This document shows, piece by piece, positions 1 through 11,086 of a DNA stretch of 64,000 nucleotides; position 1 is the stretch's first letter, and every line of letters begins with the position of its first letter. The stretch covers positions 36,106 through 100,105 of the forward strand of contig CAYUHG010000003.1 in assembly GCA_964444545.1 (NCBI GenBank), given 5' to 3'. The translations under genes were made by a program, and so were the position numbers. The DNA is from an uncultured Rhizobium sp. GTDB taxonomy: Bacteria > Pseudomonadota > Alphaproteobacteria > Rickettsiales > UBA1997. Under the pieces are notes generated by a model. The model saw nothing but the letters and a program-made list of their open reading frames with translations. It ran no database searches and was not told the DNA's origin.

Positions 1-1
1 T

Positions 2-829
2 AAAAAAGTTGGTCTTAAAAATATCGTTATGGAAGTTGACGGCTACGAAGCTGTTATCCACGAAAGCGGCTTGATTCCAAGAGAAACTTTCCGCGTTGGT
101 GATCGCATGCGCGTTTACGTTGAAGATGTTCGCAAAGAACCACACGGAGCACAAATTTTCTTATCTCGTACTCACCCACAATTTTTGGTTCGTTTGTTTG
201 AACAAGAAGTTCCTGAACTTTACGACGGCAATATCGAAGTTAAAATGGTTGCTCGCGATCCTGGTTCTCGCGCTAAAATCGCAATTTACTCACGTCGTGA
301 TGATATCGACATTATTGGTTCATTCATCGGTATTCGTGGTAACCGCGTTCAATCAGTAAGCTCTGAACTTCGTGGCGAAAAAATCGACATCATCAAATGG
401 TCATCAAACATCGCTGAATTGGTTGTAAGCTCACTTACTCCTGCAAAAGTCAGCAAAGTTGTAGTTGATGAAGAGAATAATTTGATCGAAGTTGTAGTGG
501 CTGAAGATCAATTGAGCCTTGCAATTGGCCGTGGCGGACAAAACGTTAAATTGGCTTCAAAAATCGTTGGTTACAAAATCGACGTGATGACTGACGAGCA
601 AGAATCTGTTCGCAGAACGACCGAATTCAACCAAGCTTCTAAAGTATTTGTTGAAGCTCTGGACGTTGAAGAAATGATTGCTAACTTACTCGCTGCCGAA
701 GGTTTCTTGTCAGTTGAAGAATTAGCTCAAGCTGAAGTTTCAGAAATTCAAGCGATCGAAGGTTTCGATGAAGAAATCGCCAAAGAGATCAAACGTCGCG
801 CTGAAGAGTACCTACAAAAAACAGCTTAA
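2..829 (+). CDS. nusA: Transcription termination/antitermination factor NusA, C-terminal ~275 aa (5' end lies upstream of the window)
   Basis: Frame 2 is open from the window edge (KKVGLKNIVMEVDGYEAV...). Two KH-type GxxG motifs (GIRGNRVQ, GRGGQNVKLASKI) and an acidic C-terminal tail. Followed by infB as in the conserved nusA-infB operon. Motif recognition only. Confidence 0.9.
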   Translation, partial: KKVGLKNIVMEVDGYEAVIHESGLIPRETFRVGDRMRVYVEDVRKEPHGAQIFLSRTHPQFLVRLFEQEVPELYDGNIEVKMVARDPGSRAKIAIYSRRDDIDIIGSFIGIRGNRVQSVSSELRGEKIDIIKWSSNIAELVVSSLTPAKVSKVVVDEENNLIEVVVAEDQLSLAIGRGGQNVKLASKIVGYKIDVMTDEQESVRRTTEFNQASKVFVEALDVEEMIANLLAAEGFLSVEELAQAEVSEIQAIEGFDEEIAKEIKRRAEEYLQKTA

Positions 830-916
830 GATGGCACTTATTATTTAGGCATTTATCATTTAGCACTTGATGAATGCCTTTGTGGCGCGCCTCAAGTGGT
901 AAATGTTAAATGATAA

Positions 917-3481
917 ATGATAATTCGAATGACCGAAGATAATAAAAATACAACCCGCTCAACTCTAACGCTTAAACTTAAGCCAGCAGTTGCTGTAGAT
1001 CAAAAAACTTTGGCTTTAAAACAGCCAGTAGCTGAGAACAGAAAAATCAGTAAATCTTCATCTGTCCAAGTCACCATAAAAGGTCGCAAAAAAGATTCGA
1101 AAGAAGAGCTTGCTAACCTTAATAAAAGCGAAGTTGAAGCCAGATTCCGCGCTATTTCATCTTCAAATTCTCTTGAGTCAGAAGATATTGATAGCACAAC
1201 AATTCTCAGCAAAGCTCTAAAAGAACAAAAGAAAGTTGAAGTTAAAGAAGAAGAAATAGTTGAAATCGTTGAAGAAGTAATCGCTCCAGTTGAGATCAAG
1301 ATTGAAGAACCAGTTAAAGTTGAACCAAAAATTCAAAGACCTTCCTTCCAATCTGAAGGATTTGATGTGATGAGCAAAATCAAACAAAGCATCGCTATCA
1401 CTAATCGCGAAAAAGAAGAAAGAGAAAAAGTTTTAAGCGAAAAAAGAAAACAAGAACAAGAAAAACTCGAAAAAGAAAGAATCGAAAAAGAGAAAAAACT
1501 AAAACAGAAAAAACCTTTTACTACCGGACGTAGCTTCGAAAGTAATGAACAAGAAGACGCCAAGAAAGGTAAGCCAAATTTCAAAGAAGAAAGTCAGCGC
1601 AGCAATCATCGTAAACTTACTTACATCATTGATGGCGAAGGTGATGATGATTCTGAAGGTTCACGTCGTAGAAAAAAACACAAATCAAGAGCTCAAATAG
1701 TTGAACAACCGAAAGAATATAAAAAGATTGCCCGTGAAGTTAATCTACCTGAATTAATTTCCGTTTCTGATTTGGCCGATCGTATGGCTGAAAAAACCGG
1801 CGATGTGGTGAAAAAACTTTTCACTATGGGCATGGTTGCAACCAGTAACCAAGTAATTGATGCAGATACTGCAGAATTAGTTGTGGCAGAATTCGGTCAC
1901 ACTGTAAAACGCGTTTCTCACTCTGACGTTGAAAATGTTTTGGATCAAAGCGAATCAAATCACGAAAAATTATCACGTGCTCCAATCGTAACTATTATGG
2001 GTCACGTTGACCACGGTAAAACTTCACTTCTTGATGCAATTCGTGAAACTGATATTGTAAGCGGAGAACATGGCGGAATTACTCAGCACATTGGTGCTTC
2101 AAGAATTCAAACTAAAGCAGGAAAATATATTACTTTTCTTGATACTCCTGGTCACGAAGCATTTACTGAAATGCGTTCACGCGGTGCTAACGTTACTGAT
2201 ATCGTAGTTTTGGTTGTTGCAGCTGATGACGGCGTTAAAGAACAAACTATTGAAGCGATTAATCACGCTAAAGCTGCTAATGTTCCGATTATCGTTGCTG
2301 TAAATAAAATCGATAAACCAGGAAATGATCCTGAACGCGTGAAACACGAGCTTCTATCACATAATGTTGTTGCCGAAGATTTAGGTGGTGATGTTATGTT
2401 CGTACCGGTTTCTGCTAAAGCAAAATTGAATTTAGATAAACTCGAAGAAGCAATTTTACTTCAAGCGGAAGTGTTAGAATTAACTGCTGCTTACGAAGGA
2501 AAATCTAGCGGTGTTGTTATCGAATCAAGAATCGACCCATCAAAAGGTGTAGTTGCAACTTTGTTAGTTCTTGAAGGAACTCTAGATACTTCTGATTTGA
2601 TCGTTGTTGGCACCTCTTACGGTAAAATCAGAAAAATGGTTGATGACCATGGCAAACACATCAAGCACGCAACTCCTGGTATGCCAGTTGAGGTTATGGG
2701 CTTAAATCAAGCGCCAAACGCTGGTGATAAATTCGTTGAAGTTGATGAAGAAAGACAAGCTCGTGAAATTATTTCTTACCGCTCGCGTAAAGAAAAAGAG
2801 ACGAAAGCAATGAAAAATTCTGCACGCAGCTTGAACGAAATTTTCCGCGATTCTGGTAAAGGCAGCATTAAATATCTAAATATCGTTTTGAAAGGAGACG
2901 TTCACGGATCAGTTGAAGCTCTAAGCGGCAGCATTATGAAGCTGAACAATGAAGAAGTTGCGATCAAAATTATTCACTCAGCAACTGGTGGAATTACTGA
3001 AACCGATATTGGATTAGCCGCAGTTTCTAACGCTGTAATCATCGGGTTTAACGTACGCGCTAACTCAGCTGCAACTGAATTAGCAAAACTAAAAGGCGTT
3101 GATCTACGTTACTATTCAATCATCTATAACGTAGTTGATGAATTGAAATTGTTACTTTCAGGCATGTTAGACCCAACTAAAAATGAAGAATATTTGGGTA
3201 AAGCTGAAATCAGACAAGTATTCAAAATTTCTGGCGCTGGTAAAATCGGCGGTTCAACTGTAGTTGATGGAATGATTAAACGTAACGCGAAAGTCAGATT
3301 AGTTCGCGACGACGTCGTAATTTATGACGGCATTTTGAAAACACTCAAACGCTTCAAAGAAGATGTTAAAGAAGTGAAAACCGGCTTTGAATGCGGTATC
3401 GCTTTAGAAAATTTCGAAGACATCAAAGAAAAAGATATGATTGAGTGCTACGAAATTGTTGAACAAAAAAGATCACTCTAA
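917..3481 (+). CDS. infB: Translation initiation factor IF-2
   Basis: GTPase motifs GHVDHGKTS (G1), DTPGHEAF (G3), NKID (G4). Lys/Glu-rich low-complexity N-terminal third typical of IF-2. Alternative in-frame ATG at 929. Confidence 0.95.
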   Translation: MIIRMTEDNKNTTRSTLTLKLKPAVAVDQKTLALKQPVAENRKISKSSSVQVTIKGRKKDSKEELANLNKSEVEARFRAISSSNSLESEDIDSTTILSKALKEQKKVEVKEEEIVEIVEEVIAPVEIKIEEPVKVEPKIQRPSFQSEGFDVMSKIKQSIAITNREKEEREKVLSEKRKQEQEKLEKERIEKEKKLKQKKPFTTGRSFESNEQEDAKKGKPNFKEESQRSNHRKLTYIIDGEGDDDSEGSRRRKKHKSRAQIVEQPKEYKKIAREVNLPELISVSDLADRMAEKTGDVVKKLFTMGMVATSNQVIDADTAELVVAEFGHTVKRVSHSDVENVLDQSESNHEKLSRAPIVTIMGHVDHGKTSLLDAIRETDIVSGEHGGITQHIGASRIQTKAGKYITFLDTPGHEAFTEMRSRGANVTDIVVLVVAADDGVKEQTIEAINHAKAANVPIIVAVNKIDKPGNDPERVKHELLSHNVVAEDLGGDVMFVPVSAKAKLNLDKLEEAILLQAEVLELTAAYEGKSSGVVIESRIDPSKGVVATLLVLEGTLDTSDLIVVGTSYGKIRKMVDDHGKHIKHATPGMPVEVMGLNQAPNAGDKFVEVDEERQAREIISYRSRKEKETKAMKNSARSLNEIFRDSGKGSIKYLNIVLKGDVHGSVEALSGSIMKLNNEEVAIKIIHSATGGITETDIGLAAVSNAVIIGFNVRANSAATELAKLKGVDLRYYSIIYNVVDELKLLLSGMLDPTKNEEYLGKAEIRQVFKISGAGKIGGSTVVDGMIKRNAKVRLVRDDVVIYDGILKTLKRFKEDVKEVKTGFECGIALENFEDIKEKDMIECYEIVEQKRSL

Positions 3482-3561
3482 CTACAAGTTAGTCAGTTCC
3501 GAATTACGTTTTGTCCGCGAAGAAATTCGCGGATATTTTCTCATCAAATTACCGATTAACT

Positions 3562-4086
3562 ATGAAATACGCCCTTTCCTCTCGCATCATTCATTGGCTA
3601 ATGGCCGCAATCATTCTTTTCCTTTTAGGACTAGGAATTTATATGACCGAAATCTTACCGAAAGATGCGGTTAATCATTTGCAAGTTTACGAATTACACA
3701 AATCTCTCGGCGTATTAGTTCTGATTTTGCTTTTTGTTCGCATCATCAATCGCATTGTGAAAAAAGCTCCTCCTCTTCCAAATACTATGCCAAAATATGA
3801 GCAAATTCTTGCTCATCTTGGCCATATTGGACTTTACGTTTTAATGTTCGTCGTCCCTATTTCAGGATTTTTGATGTCAAACTCATTTGGCTTTGCTGTG
3901 AAATTTTTCAGCATCGAATTGCCAATGTTAATCGGTACTGATTTTGAACGAGGAAAACTTTTCGCTGAAGCTCACGAACTGTCAGCTTACGCTCTTCTTG
4001 GCCTTGTTGCTGTTCATGTTGGCGCAGTAATCAAACATCGTTTCTTCGATAAACCTGAACAAGATGTTCTCAAAAGAATGATCTAA
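3562..4086 (+). CDS. Cytochrome b561 family membrane protein (CybB-like)
   Basis: Four hydrophobic helices with conserved His positions ([31 protein letters not shown]). The ORF track starts at TTG 3511; ATG 3562 ([12 protein letters not shown]) is the more likely start. Confidence 0.7.
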   Translation: MKYALSSRIIHWLMAAIILFLLGLGIYMTEILPKDAVNHLQVYELHKSLGVLVLILLFVRIINRIVKKAPPLPNTMPKYEQILAHLGHIGLYVLMFVVPISGFLMSNSFGFAVKFFSIELPMLIGTDFERGKLFAEAHELSAYALLGLVAVHVGAVIKHRFFDKPEQDVLKRMI

Positions 4087-4091
4087 AACTA

Positions 4092-4847
4092 ATGTTAAAG
4101 AACCGCATAATTCCTTGCCTTGACGTTAAAGACGGCCGCGTTGTTAAAGGAGTAAATTTTGAAAATTTGATTGATGCTGGAGATCCAGTTTCACAAGCGC
4201 GATTTTATTACGAGCAAGGTGCTGACGAATTATGTTTTCTTGATATCACAGCCTCCAGCGAAAATCGTTCAGCAATTTTTGACACCGTAAAAAAAGTAGC
4301 ATCAGTGTGTTTTATTCCACTCACAGTTGGCGGTGGTATCAGAACTATAGATGATTTCCATAAATTACTTCTAAGCGGAGCAGATAAAGTTTCCGTCAAC
4401 AGCGCTGCTATAAAAAATCCTGATTTAATCACTCAAGCTTCCAATAAATTCGGTGCACAATGCGTGATTGTTGCAATCGATGCCAAAAAAAATGCTGCTG
4501 GAAATTACGAAATTTTTACTCACGGTGGCCGCAATGCTACTGGAATTGATGCGATTGAATGGGCCAAAAAAGTTGTATCCCTTGGCGCCGGAGAGTTGCT
4601 AGTAACTTCGATGGATAAAGATGGAACGAAGTCAGGATATGATTTGGAGCTGATCGAAAAAATCACCGCTGCCGTTTCCGTACCGGTAATTGCATCTGGT
4701 GGTGTAGGAAATCTACAACATCTGGCCGATGGCATCAAAGCCGGAGCCAACGCTGCCCTCGCCGCTTCAATCTTTCACTTCAAAGAATATTCCGTCAGAC
4801 AAGCGAAAGAGTTTTTAGCTGAACAAAAAATTCCAGTCAGACTCTAA
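4092..4847 (+). CDS. hisF: Imidazole glycerol phosphate synthase cyclase subunit HisF
   Basis: [47 protein letters not shown] and ASGGVG are the HisF (beta/alpha)8 signature segments. Confidence 0.9.
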   Translation: MLKNRIIPCLDVKDGRVVKGVNFENLIDAGDPVSQARFYYEQGADELCFLDITASSENRSAIFDTVKKVASVCFIPLTVGGGIRTIDDFHKLLLSGADKVSVNSAAIKNPDLITQASNKFGAQCVIVAIDAKKNAAGNYEIFTHGGRNATGIDAIEWAKKVVSLGAGELLVTSMDKDGTKSGYDLELIEKITAAVSVPVIASGGVGNLQHLADGIKAGANAALAASIFHFKEYSVRQAKEFLAEQKIPVRL

Positions 4848-4858
4848 AAATTTTGAGT

Positions 4859-5287
4859 TTAAGAGTAACTATGCTTCACCTTCTTAGGCTTCTGGCGGGC
4901 AATTGAAGCCGCTAAAGCGATCAGATGCTTCTTCGCCTGCAAATCATCAATGCGATTAAAAGCGCGAACCAAAGGCAAAATTTCCTTGTTAAATTCCGCC
5001 TCTTCTTTGGCCTGTTTTTTATCAGTTTTGAAATCGTAATTGTAGTAATCACGATCAGCTTTCAAACCAGCAAAGAAAGCACTCACTGGCTTATTTAGAA
5101 GTTGCGACAACTCAAAAAGTTTACTAGCACTAACGCGATTCTGCGCTTTTTCATATTTCTGAATTTGCTGAAAAGTAACGCCGATCAGATCACCAAGTTG
5201 TTCTTGAGTCATAGCCGCTGCCACTCGAAACTGGCGCAATTTTTGTGCAATATGGACGTCAACTGGTGTGATTTTGTCTAATAACAT
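4859..5287 (-). CDS. XRE-family helix-turn-helix transcriptional regulator
   Basis: HTH_3-like segment LRQFRVAAAMTQEQLGDLIGVTFQQIQKYEKAQNRVSASKLFELSQLL. Start set at ATG 5287 (MLLDKITPV). The longer ORF to 5374 would run deep into lnt. Confidence 0.7.
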   Translation of the reverse strand: MLLDKITPVDVHIAQKLRQFRVAAAMTQEQLGDLIGVTFQQIQKYEKAQNRVSASKLFELSQLLNKPVSAFFAGLKADRDYYNYDFKTDKKQAKEEAEFNKEILPLVRAFNRIDDLQAKKHLIALAASIARQKPKKVKHSYS

Positions 5288-6824
5288 TTCTTCTGTGGAG
5301 TAAAAAAATAATGAGGAAGGAAACCAATAATAACAACGGCGCAAAGCAGTATCGAGAATAAATAGTAGGCTCAAGATTTTTTACCAAATCGACATCAATT
5401 ATTCCCTCTTGATTCAAATTGATTTTACTTATCACCCGTCCGAAAGGATCAAAAAATGCCGTAATCCCAGTATTAGCAACTCTTGCCAGAGGTATACCAT
5501 ATTCCACCGCGCGCATTTTTGCCATATCGAAATGTTGGTAAGGACCTGTGCTGTTGCCAAACCAAGCATCGTTGGTCAAGTTAACCAAAAGATCGGGGCG
5601 ATCATTTCGATCAATAATTTTGTCAGGGAAAATCACTTCATAACAAAGAAGGGGACTGATTGAGATCAAATCACCGCGTATAGTTTTAGGCCCCTCACCT
5701 TCAGAAAACCCAATCGCACCTTTGGTAACTTTTTGCACGAATGGTAAATATTTTTGCAACGGCACATATTCGCCAAACGGCACCAAATGGTGTTTGTCGT
5801 AAGATGCCGCAATGCCATTTTTGTTGATCACAAAAACACTATTCCACACATTTTCAATATTTTCGCCACCATCACTTTTTAAGCGTATTCCGCCAGTAAC
5901 CAACATTCCATCACCATTTGAGCGGTTCGGCACCGCAAGCTTAAGCTGTTCAACGATTTCAGAAGATTCATCAATGGTGTACGGCACCGAAGTTTCTGAC
6001 CAAATCACCGCCGCAATATCAGAACTATCTTCAGAGTTCGTCATTTTGATATGTTTGATGAAATTATGGTATTTTTCGCGCGCATCCCATTTCATCTCTT
6101 GCCTGATATTGCCTTGAACCAAGCGCAATTTCAGGTTTTTGTCGTTAGCAATTTTGGTATCAGCAATGCGGCAATAGCCAAAAATAAAGTTAGCGATTAC
6201 TAATAAAATTATAGTCACCACAAAAGTCAGATCTTGTTTGCTACGATCTTTGGTAAAATAAATTATTGGCAAAAGACTAACCAAAACAGCAAAAAAACTT
6301 AAACCCCAAACTCCAAACACGCTTGAAATCTGAATCGCCGTGTCACTAAACATCCAGACATAACCCAGTAAATTCCACGGAAAACCAGTAAATAAAAAGG
6401 CGCGTAAAATTTCGCAAACTGTCCAGAAAATGGCAAAAATAAGAAATTTTTCATAATTTTTTGTGAAAGAAAATTTCTTAATTACAAAATTAAAAGAGCT
6501 GGAAAGCATTGCAAAATAAAGCGCCAGAACTGAAGGAATTAAAGTTAAAGCAAAAGGAATCAGCCACGCAAAACTTTGCGCATCAACTAAAAGCGAGATC
6601 GAAATCCAATAAACTCCAAAAACAAAATATCCAAAACCGTAACACCAGCCAAGCCAAAAATCTTCTTTACGCGAGGTAGTTTTTTGGCAAAGAGCAAAAA
6701 AAATCGCGATTGAAGCTATCGTAGCAACAAAGAAATGAAAAGGCGCGAAAGCCAGATTACACAAAGCTCCAGCGCAAATTGCCTGGAAAAATTTACTTTT
6801 AAAAAACTGTGAAATTTTTTTCAT
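5259..6824 (-). CDS. lnt: Apolipoprotein N-acyltransferase
   Basis: About 8 N-terminal TM helices, then a CN-hydrolase domain with candidate E-K-C triad contexts (VIWSETS, YDKHHLVPFGEYVP, SPLLCYEVIFP). Confidence 0.85.
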   Translation of the reverse strand: MKKISQFFKSKFFQAICAGALCNLAFAPFHFFVATIASIAIFFALCQKTTSRKEDFWLGWCYGFGYFVFGVYWISISLLVDAQSFAWLIPFALTLIPSVLALYFAMLSSSFNFVIKKFSFTKNYEKFLIFAIFWTVCEILRAFLFTGFPWNLLGYVWMFSDTAIQISSVFGVWGLSFFAVLVSLLPIIYFTKDRSKQDLTFVVTIILLVIANFIFGYCRIADTKIANDKNLKLRLVQGNIRQEMKWDAREKYHNFIKHIKMTNSEDSSDIAAVIWSETSVPYTIDESSEIVEQLKLAVPNRSNGDGMLVTGGIRLKSDGGENIENVWNSVFVINKNGIAASYDKHHLVPFGEYVPLQKYLPFVQKVTKGAIGFSEGEGPKTIRGDLISISPLLCYEVIFPDKIIDRNDRPDLLVNLTNDAWFGNSTGPYQHFDMAKMRAVEYGIPLARVANTGITAFFDPFGRVISKINLNQEGIIDVDLVKNLEPTIYSRYCFAPLLLLVSFLIIFLLHRRNVIRQNHTS

Positions 6825-6886
6825 TTTTATCTTTAGAATTTGTTAATTGACCTCGTCATGCGACGGGGTCAATTCTTAGAGAAATT

Positions 6887-8962
6887 TTACTCCCTCACAT
6901 AAACTTCAAAATCGTAGCGAATGGTTTCTTTCGAAGGCTTCACATCGTCAAAAATATCTTTCTCTTCTTTTGCGGTTGTAACAATTCTTCGCGTTGGATT
7001 TTTCACTTCAACGCTAGTCAAAATGCGATTCTCGAAACGGAAATTTTCGAAAAATATTTTACGAAATTCTGGATCAGCAAAATAATATTCCAAAAATCCA
7101 ATCAAGCAGCGATCCTTACGGTAGAAGACTCTGGTGCCTTGATTAATAAATAAAATTTTGACGTTAGGATTTTTTAGCTGCTTTTTGAGATCTTCAAAAA
7201 CATAACTCAAAGTTAAAATCGTATCACGATCTTGATTTTCAGGAAAAGCTTTGGACGCTCCCAGAAATCCACGTTGCGCCATCAACATTACTACGTGATT
7301 TACGTGATAATTTTCTTTATCGACATAATTTAGAACTGGAAATTGATGCACGATAAGATCAGAAAAAACCAAAAATCCGTCTTCTTTTTTTGGCGCGTAA
7401 ATTGCGGAATAATAAGAAATTTTGTCGCTTAGTTTATTGGGGAAAGTGTCGTAATGCTTGGTCGGAATCAGGTTACTTAGCGGTAAAATATAAGCGTAAA
7501 GCAAACACGAAATTGAAGTGGTAATCACAAAAACTGTGAAGGGAGAAAATTTTTCTTCAAATTTTCCGTAAATTTTCTCGAAGAAAAATAACACAAAAAA
7601 TAGTGAGAAAAGATTGCTCACCATAAATCCCCAACCGCCCATATATTTCAAGGACAAAAGCGTTGTAAGCAATAACACAAAATATAACAAAATCGCCAAA
7701 GAAATTTTTAAAGCGGTGAGATTTTTAGCTTTAAATTCGGCAAATTTTTGCGGTGATTTTTTCTTCATCTGTCCGAAAAAAATCACCGGATAAACTAAAG
7801 CAAAAACCCACCAAACATTTATAAATCCTGAAAGACCTAGAATTGCTCCCGGCAAAACTTCCATGTCGAAAATCGGCCAAATTATCAGAACTGAAATAAT
7901 AAATTTATTGTCGCGAAATGAAAATTTCTGCGACATCACTAGATCGTAAAAAATCTTCAAAAAACAGGTTGTATAAACTGCGTAAATAACTCCCAGCTGA
8001 TCAATTGTACCAATATTTTCAAGGATTGCTAACGATGAGGCTGCACAAAAAATTAGGAATAAAATTTTATCGTTAGCACTAAATTTCAGTCGTGAGAAAC
8101 CTAAGAAAATAAAACAAAACATCGCCGTTTCAGCACCTAAACGATGCAAAACATTTTCGAAAAATAATTTAGAATCGTCATAAGCTTTATAAATCTTTGG
8201 CCACATTGGCACTACAAACTCAAAGAATTCCGGAGTCAGTTTAATCATCAAAAACAGATAAAATACACCGACAAAAATCATCACTAACTTGTCGAGTTGC
8301 ACAAAAAACTTCAGATTTTTTTGCTGCCAAAAACGATGTCCTTCAATGATAATTACAAAAATTAAATAATGCGGCTTGAAGCATGGTATCAGACCCATCA
8401 AGAGTCCGCGCTGGATTAATTCTGCACGGCTGAAAACAGTTAAACGCTCGAAAGAAAACGAAATGTAGGGAATTAAACACAGTAACAGGAAACTACTTTT
8501 CGTACCAAATTCGCCGAGTTGAATGACGTTGGCGCGAATAAAAAAACCTAAAATGTAAGAAATTATAATCAGATTGTAATGGGCACGATTGTTGTAAATC
8601 GTGCTTCTTTTCAATATTTGCGCTGACCAATAAATTGAAAGAACCGCGGCTAAATCGATAAAAATTTCCGACATCAAAATTGGACTGATGCCAATCCACA
8701 AAGACAAATGATATTGCGCCGCATAGATATAAAATGAGAGCGGAAAATTACTCTCAAAAAAATTGTAATAATATTTACCACCGCGCGCAATTTCTCGGCC
8801 AAGATCAAGGTAAACTCCGGTGTCGGGACCAATATCGATAATTGAACGTAAAAAAATACTTAAACCCAAAATCAAAGAGCAAGAAACCATCAAAAAAGTT
8901 TTTGCGCTGACAATTTCACTGAATTTGTTAATGATTTTATTTTCTAACATAGACCTCAGCAT
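6887..8962 (-). CDS. Large polytopic membrane protein, GT-C (ArnT/PMT)-like glycosyltransferase candidate, paralog 1
   Basis: 691 aa with more than 10 hydrophobic helices plus a ~200-aa C-terminal soluble part. First-loop motif IGPDTGVYLDLGREIARGGKYYYNFFESNFPLSF and later CFKPHY resemble the Asp-loop and PPL-type motifs of GT-C enzymes. Clear paralog of the upstream gene. The CDS is confident; the function is tentative. Confidence 0.55.
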   Translation of the reverse strand: MLRSMLENKIINKFSEIVSAKTFLMVSCSLILGLSIFLRSIIDIGPDTGVYLDLGREIARGGKYYYNFFESNFPLSFYIYAAQYHLSLWIGISPILMSEIFIDLAAVLSIYWSAQILKRSTIYNNRAHYNLIIISYILGFFIRANVIQLGEFGTKSSFLLLCLIPYISFSFERLTVFSRAELIQRGLLMGLIPCFKPHYLIFVIIIEGHRFWQQKNLKFFVQLDKLVMIFVGVFYLFLMIKLTPEFFEFVVPMWPKIYKAYDDSKLFFENVLHRLGAETAMFCFIFLGFSRLKFSANDKILFLIFCAASSLAILENIGTIDQLGVIYAVYTTCFLKIFYDLVMSQKFSFRDNKFIISVLIIWPIFDMEVLPGAILGLSGFINVWWVFALVYPVIFFGQMKKKSPQKFAEFKAKNLTALKISLAILLYFVLLLTTLLSLKYMGGWGFMVSNLFSLFFVLFFFEKIYGKFEEKFSPFTVFVITTSISCLLYAYILPLSNLIPTKHYDTFPNKLSDKISYYSAIYAPKKEDGFLVFSDLIVHQFPVLNYVDKENYHVNHVVMLMAQRGFLGASKAFPENQDRDTILTLSYVFEDLKKQLKNPNVKILFINQGTRVFYRKDRCLIGFLEYYFADPEFRKIFFENFRFENRILTSVEVKNPTRRIVTTAKEEKDIFDDVKPSKETIRYDFEVYVRE

Positions 8963-11000
8963 CTCGTACTATTGCCTCTCCAGAAGATATAGAATATGAT
9001 TTGACTTGTTTATCACTAAAGAATTTCACCTTCTTTTCTGCTGCTTTAGTACTAATTATACGATGTGAAAATTTGTAATTTTCGAAAAATATTTTCCGAA
9101 ATTCCGCATCACGTAAGTAATATTCTAACAACAAAATCCGACAACGATCATTTGAGGGCAATCCACGAGGCTCGACAAAAATTAGTTTATTTTTTGGATT
9201 GATCATTTGTTCTTTAATTTTCGAAATCATGTACGATGCAACCCCACCAATTTTATCACGATTATCAATCTCAACATAAAGGGGCTGTAGTTGTGAAAAC
9301 GGCAATGGGTTGATTTTATTCACATAATTTCTTACCGAATAGCTGCCAATAATTCTGCCCGAAATTGTAATATAATTTTCATCTGCAGCGACATATTGAT
9401 TTACGGCATTAATCATTTCATCGTTAACTGAATTTGGTGATTTATATTCATGAACATTAAAAATTGCCGCTAATTGCAGGCTGATGAAATAAGATAGAAC
9501 TACAAAAATTACACTCGCTGACAATAAAGACATCTTAGCTTTATCAATAAATTGGCGATGCAAATTGTGATAAAAGCTGATCATCAAAATAAAAATTACC
9601 GCGGTAAAACCCCAAGAAATATGGTTAATAATTCTGTTAGAAGACATCTTAATCGTAATCACCACCAATAACCCAAAACAGAACCATGACAAAGGTTCGC
9701 GCAGTAAAAAAATATAACGTAAATAGTTACAATTTTTAAAATCTTTGTCGCTGATGATTTTATTCCATTTCGGTGAAAGCGCTAAAACAAAAATCCACCA
9801 AAATGCGCAAATATTGAAAGCAGTTGTAACAAAGAAACTGCGATCAAATTGTGGAATTAAAAGAATCAAAAGCAGAGTCAGAAAATCGCGATGCCAATTG
9901 ATTTGATGATCGCGAATCAAAGCCAAAATCAACAACGAAACTAAAGGTAAAGACAGCGAATAAAGCAAAACTCTTTGATCGTAAACACCTGTGAGTTCTG
10001 ACGCGACAATCACACAAAAAACCAGTGATGTAAAAAAGAACGGGCGTAGAAATTCAAATTTTTTGCGCAAGAAAAAGCACGGAATAATCAATAAAATCAG
10101 CGGATAAATATCTTCTTTAAGAGGAAAAAGTGGATAAAAATATTTTGGATCAAAGTAGGTTTCGGCGAAGGCTGGAATTGCCTTTATGTAGTCGGGAAAA
10201 AATAAAAATAATGAGATCAAATAAAAAATTATCAAAGAAGCTGTAACAAAATTTCTAATCGCAAAAAGCGATTTAAGAGATTTATTTTCGAAAAATTTTT
10301 TTATCTCAAAAGCAATAACCAAAACGCCGTAATGCGGTTTTAGACAGAATAAAAGTCCGGCCAAAATTCCGATAAAAAATTGATCAGATTTTTTCAATTC
10401 CGCTTCTTGCAGAAATTGGTAGGATAAATAAGGAAAGGCGAAAGCTAAGAAGTAGGTAGATCTAGTACCAAACTCATTAAATTGTAACGTAAAGATTCGC
10501 AGAAAAAATCCGGCGGCAAAACTTAAAATTACCAGATTAAAAACTGTGCGATCTTTGAAAATGTAAGATCTGGTGAGAATTTTATACGAAGAATAAAGTG
10601 TAAAAATTCCGATCAGATTAACAAAAATTTCCAATAAAATAATTGGATTTAACGAAAAAACTTTTGCCAGAAAAACTGGTATAATCGTGAAGCAGTAAGA
10701 GAGCGGAAGATTGTTTTCAAAAAAATCTTGATAATATTTTCCACCCATCAAAATTTTTTGTGCGACTTCCAAATAAAGCCCTGTGTCTTGTCCGATGTCG
10801 CGGTAAGATCTGACAAAAATGCTGATTAGAAAAATGATGATTGAGCCAATAAAAGCGCAGTTTTTAGACGAAAATAGGCGCGCAAAAAAATCGGCAATAA
10901 TCGCAATTTTTTGCAACAAAAAACCCTCGATTTTTGTACCTAAAATTAGTCGTTTTTCTTCGATATTTCTTTGGATTTCCAACGGATCAATCTTCGCCAT
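8937..11000 (-). CDS. Large polytopic membrane protein, GT-C (ArnT/PMT)-like glycosyltransferase candidate, paralog 2
   Basis: Same architecture and motifs as 6887-8962 (IGQDTGLYLEVAQKILMGGKYYQDFFENNLPLSY, CLKPHY, LLEYYLRDAEFRKIFFENYKF). ATG at 11000 (MAKIDPLEIQ) is preferred over TTG at 11051. Confidence 0.55.
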   Translation of the reverse strand: MAKIDPLEIQRNIEEKRLILGTKIEGFLLQKIAIIADFFARLFSSKNCAFIGSIIIFLISIFVRSYRDIGQDTGLYLEVAQKILMGGKYYQDFFENNLPLSYCFTIIPVFLAKVFSLNPIILLEIFVNLIGIFTLYSSYKILTRSYIFKDRTVFNLVILSFAAGFFLRIFTLQFNEFGTRSTYFLAFAFPYLSYQFLQEAELKKSDQFFIGILAGLLFCLKPHYGVLVIAFEIKKFFENKSLKSLFAIRNFVTASLIIFYLISLFLFFPDYIKAIPAFAETYFDPKYFYPLFPLKEDIYPLILLIIPCFFLRKKFEFLRPFFFTSLVFCVIVASELTGVYDQRVLLYSLSLPLVSLLILALIRDHQINWHRDFLTLLLILLIPQFDRSFFVTTAFNICAFWWIFVLALSPKWNKIISDKDFKNCNYLRYIFLLREPLSWFCFGLLVVITIKMSSNRIINHISWGFTAVIFILMISFYHNLHRQFIDKAKMSLLSASVIFVVLSYFISLQLAAIFNVHEYKSPNSVNDEMINAVNQYVAADENYITISGRIIGSYSVRNYVNKINPLPFSQLQPLYVEIDNRDKIGGVASYMISKIKEQMINPKNKLIFVEPRGLPSNDRCRILLLEYYLRDAEFRKIFFENYKFSHRIISTKAAEKKVKFFSDKQVKSYSISSGEAIVRDAEVYVRK

Positions 11001-11086
11001 GTAAGTAAGATGTTGAATCTTTGGTTTGCGAGCTACAATAAGGCCGGACAAACTACCCTACCCGCAACACAAAAATCAATTTTAAA

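Noticed and set aside
1000-1584. Two antisense ORFs (99 and 83 aa) inside infB
   Set aside because: They lie opposite the Lys/Glu-rich low-complexity region of IF-2. The antisense of GAA/AAA-rich sequence gives stop-free Phe/Ser/Leu-rich frames. There is no independent support.
3441-3674. 77-aa ORF overlapping the end of infB and the start of the cytochrome b561 gene, and the TTG-3511 extension of the b561 ORF
   Set aside because: It is out of frame with both recognisable genes. The b561 family sequence starts near ATG 3562.
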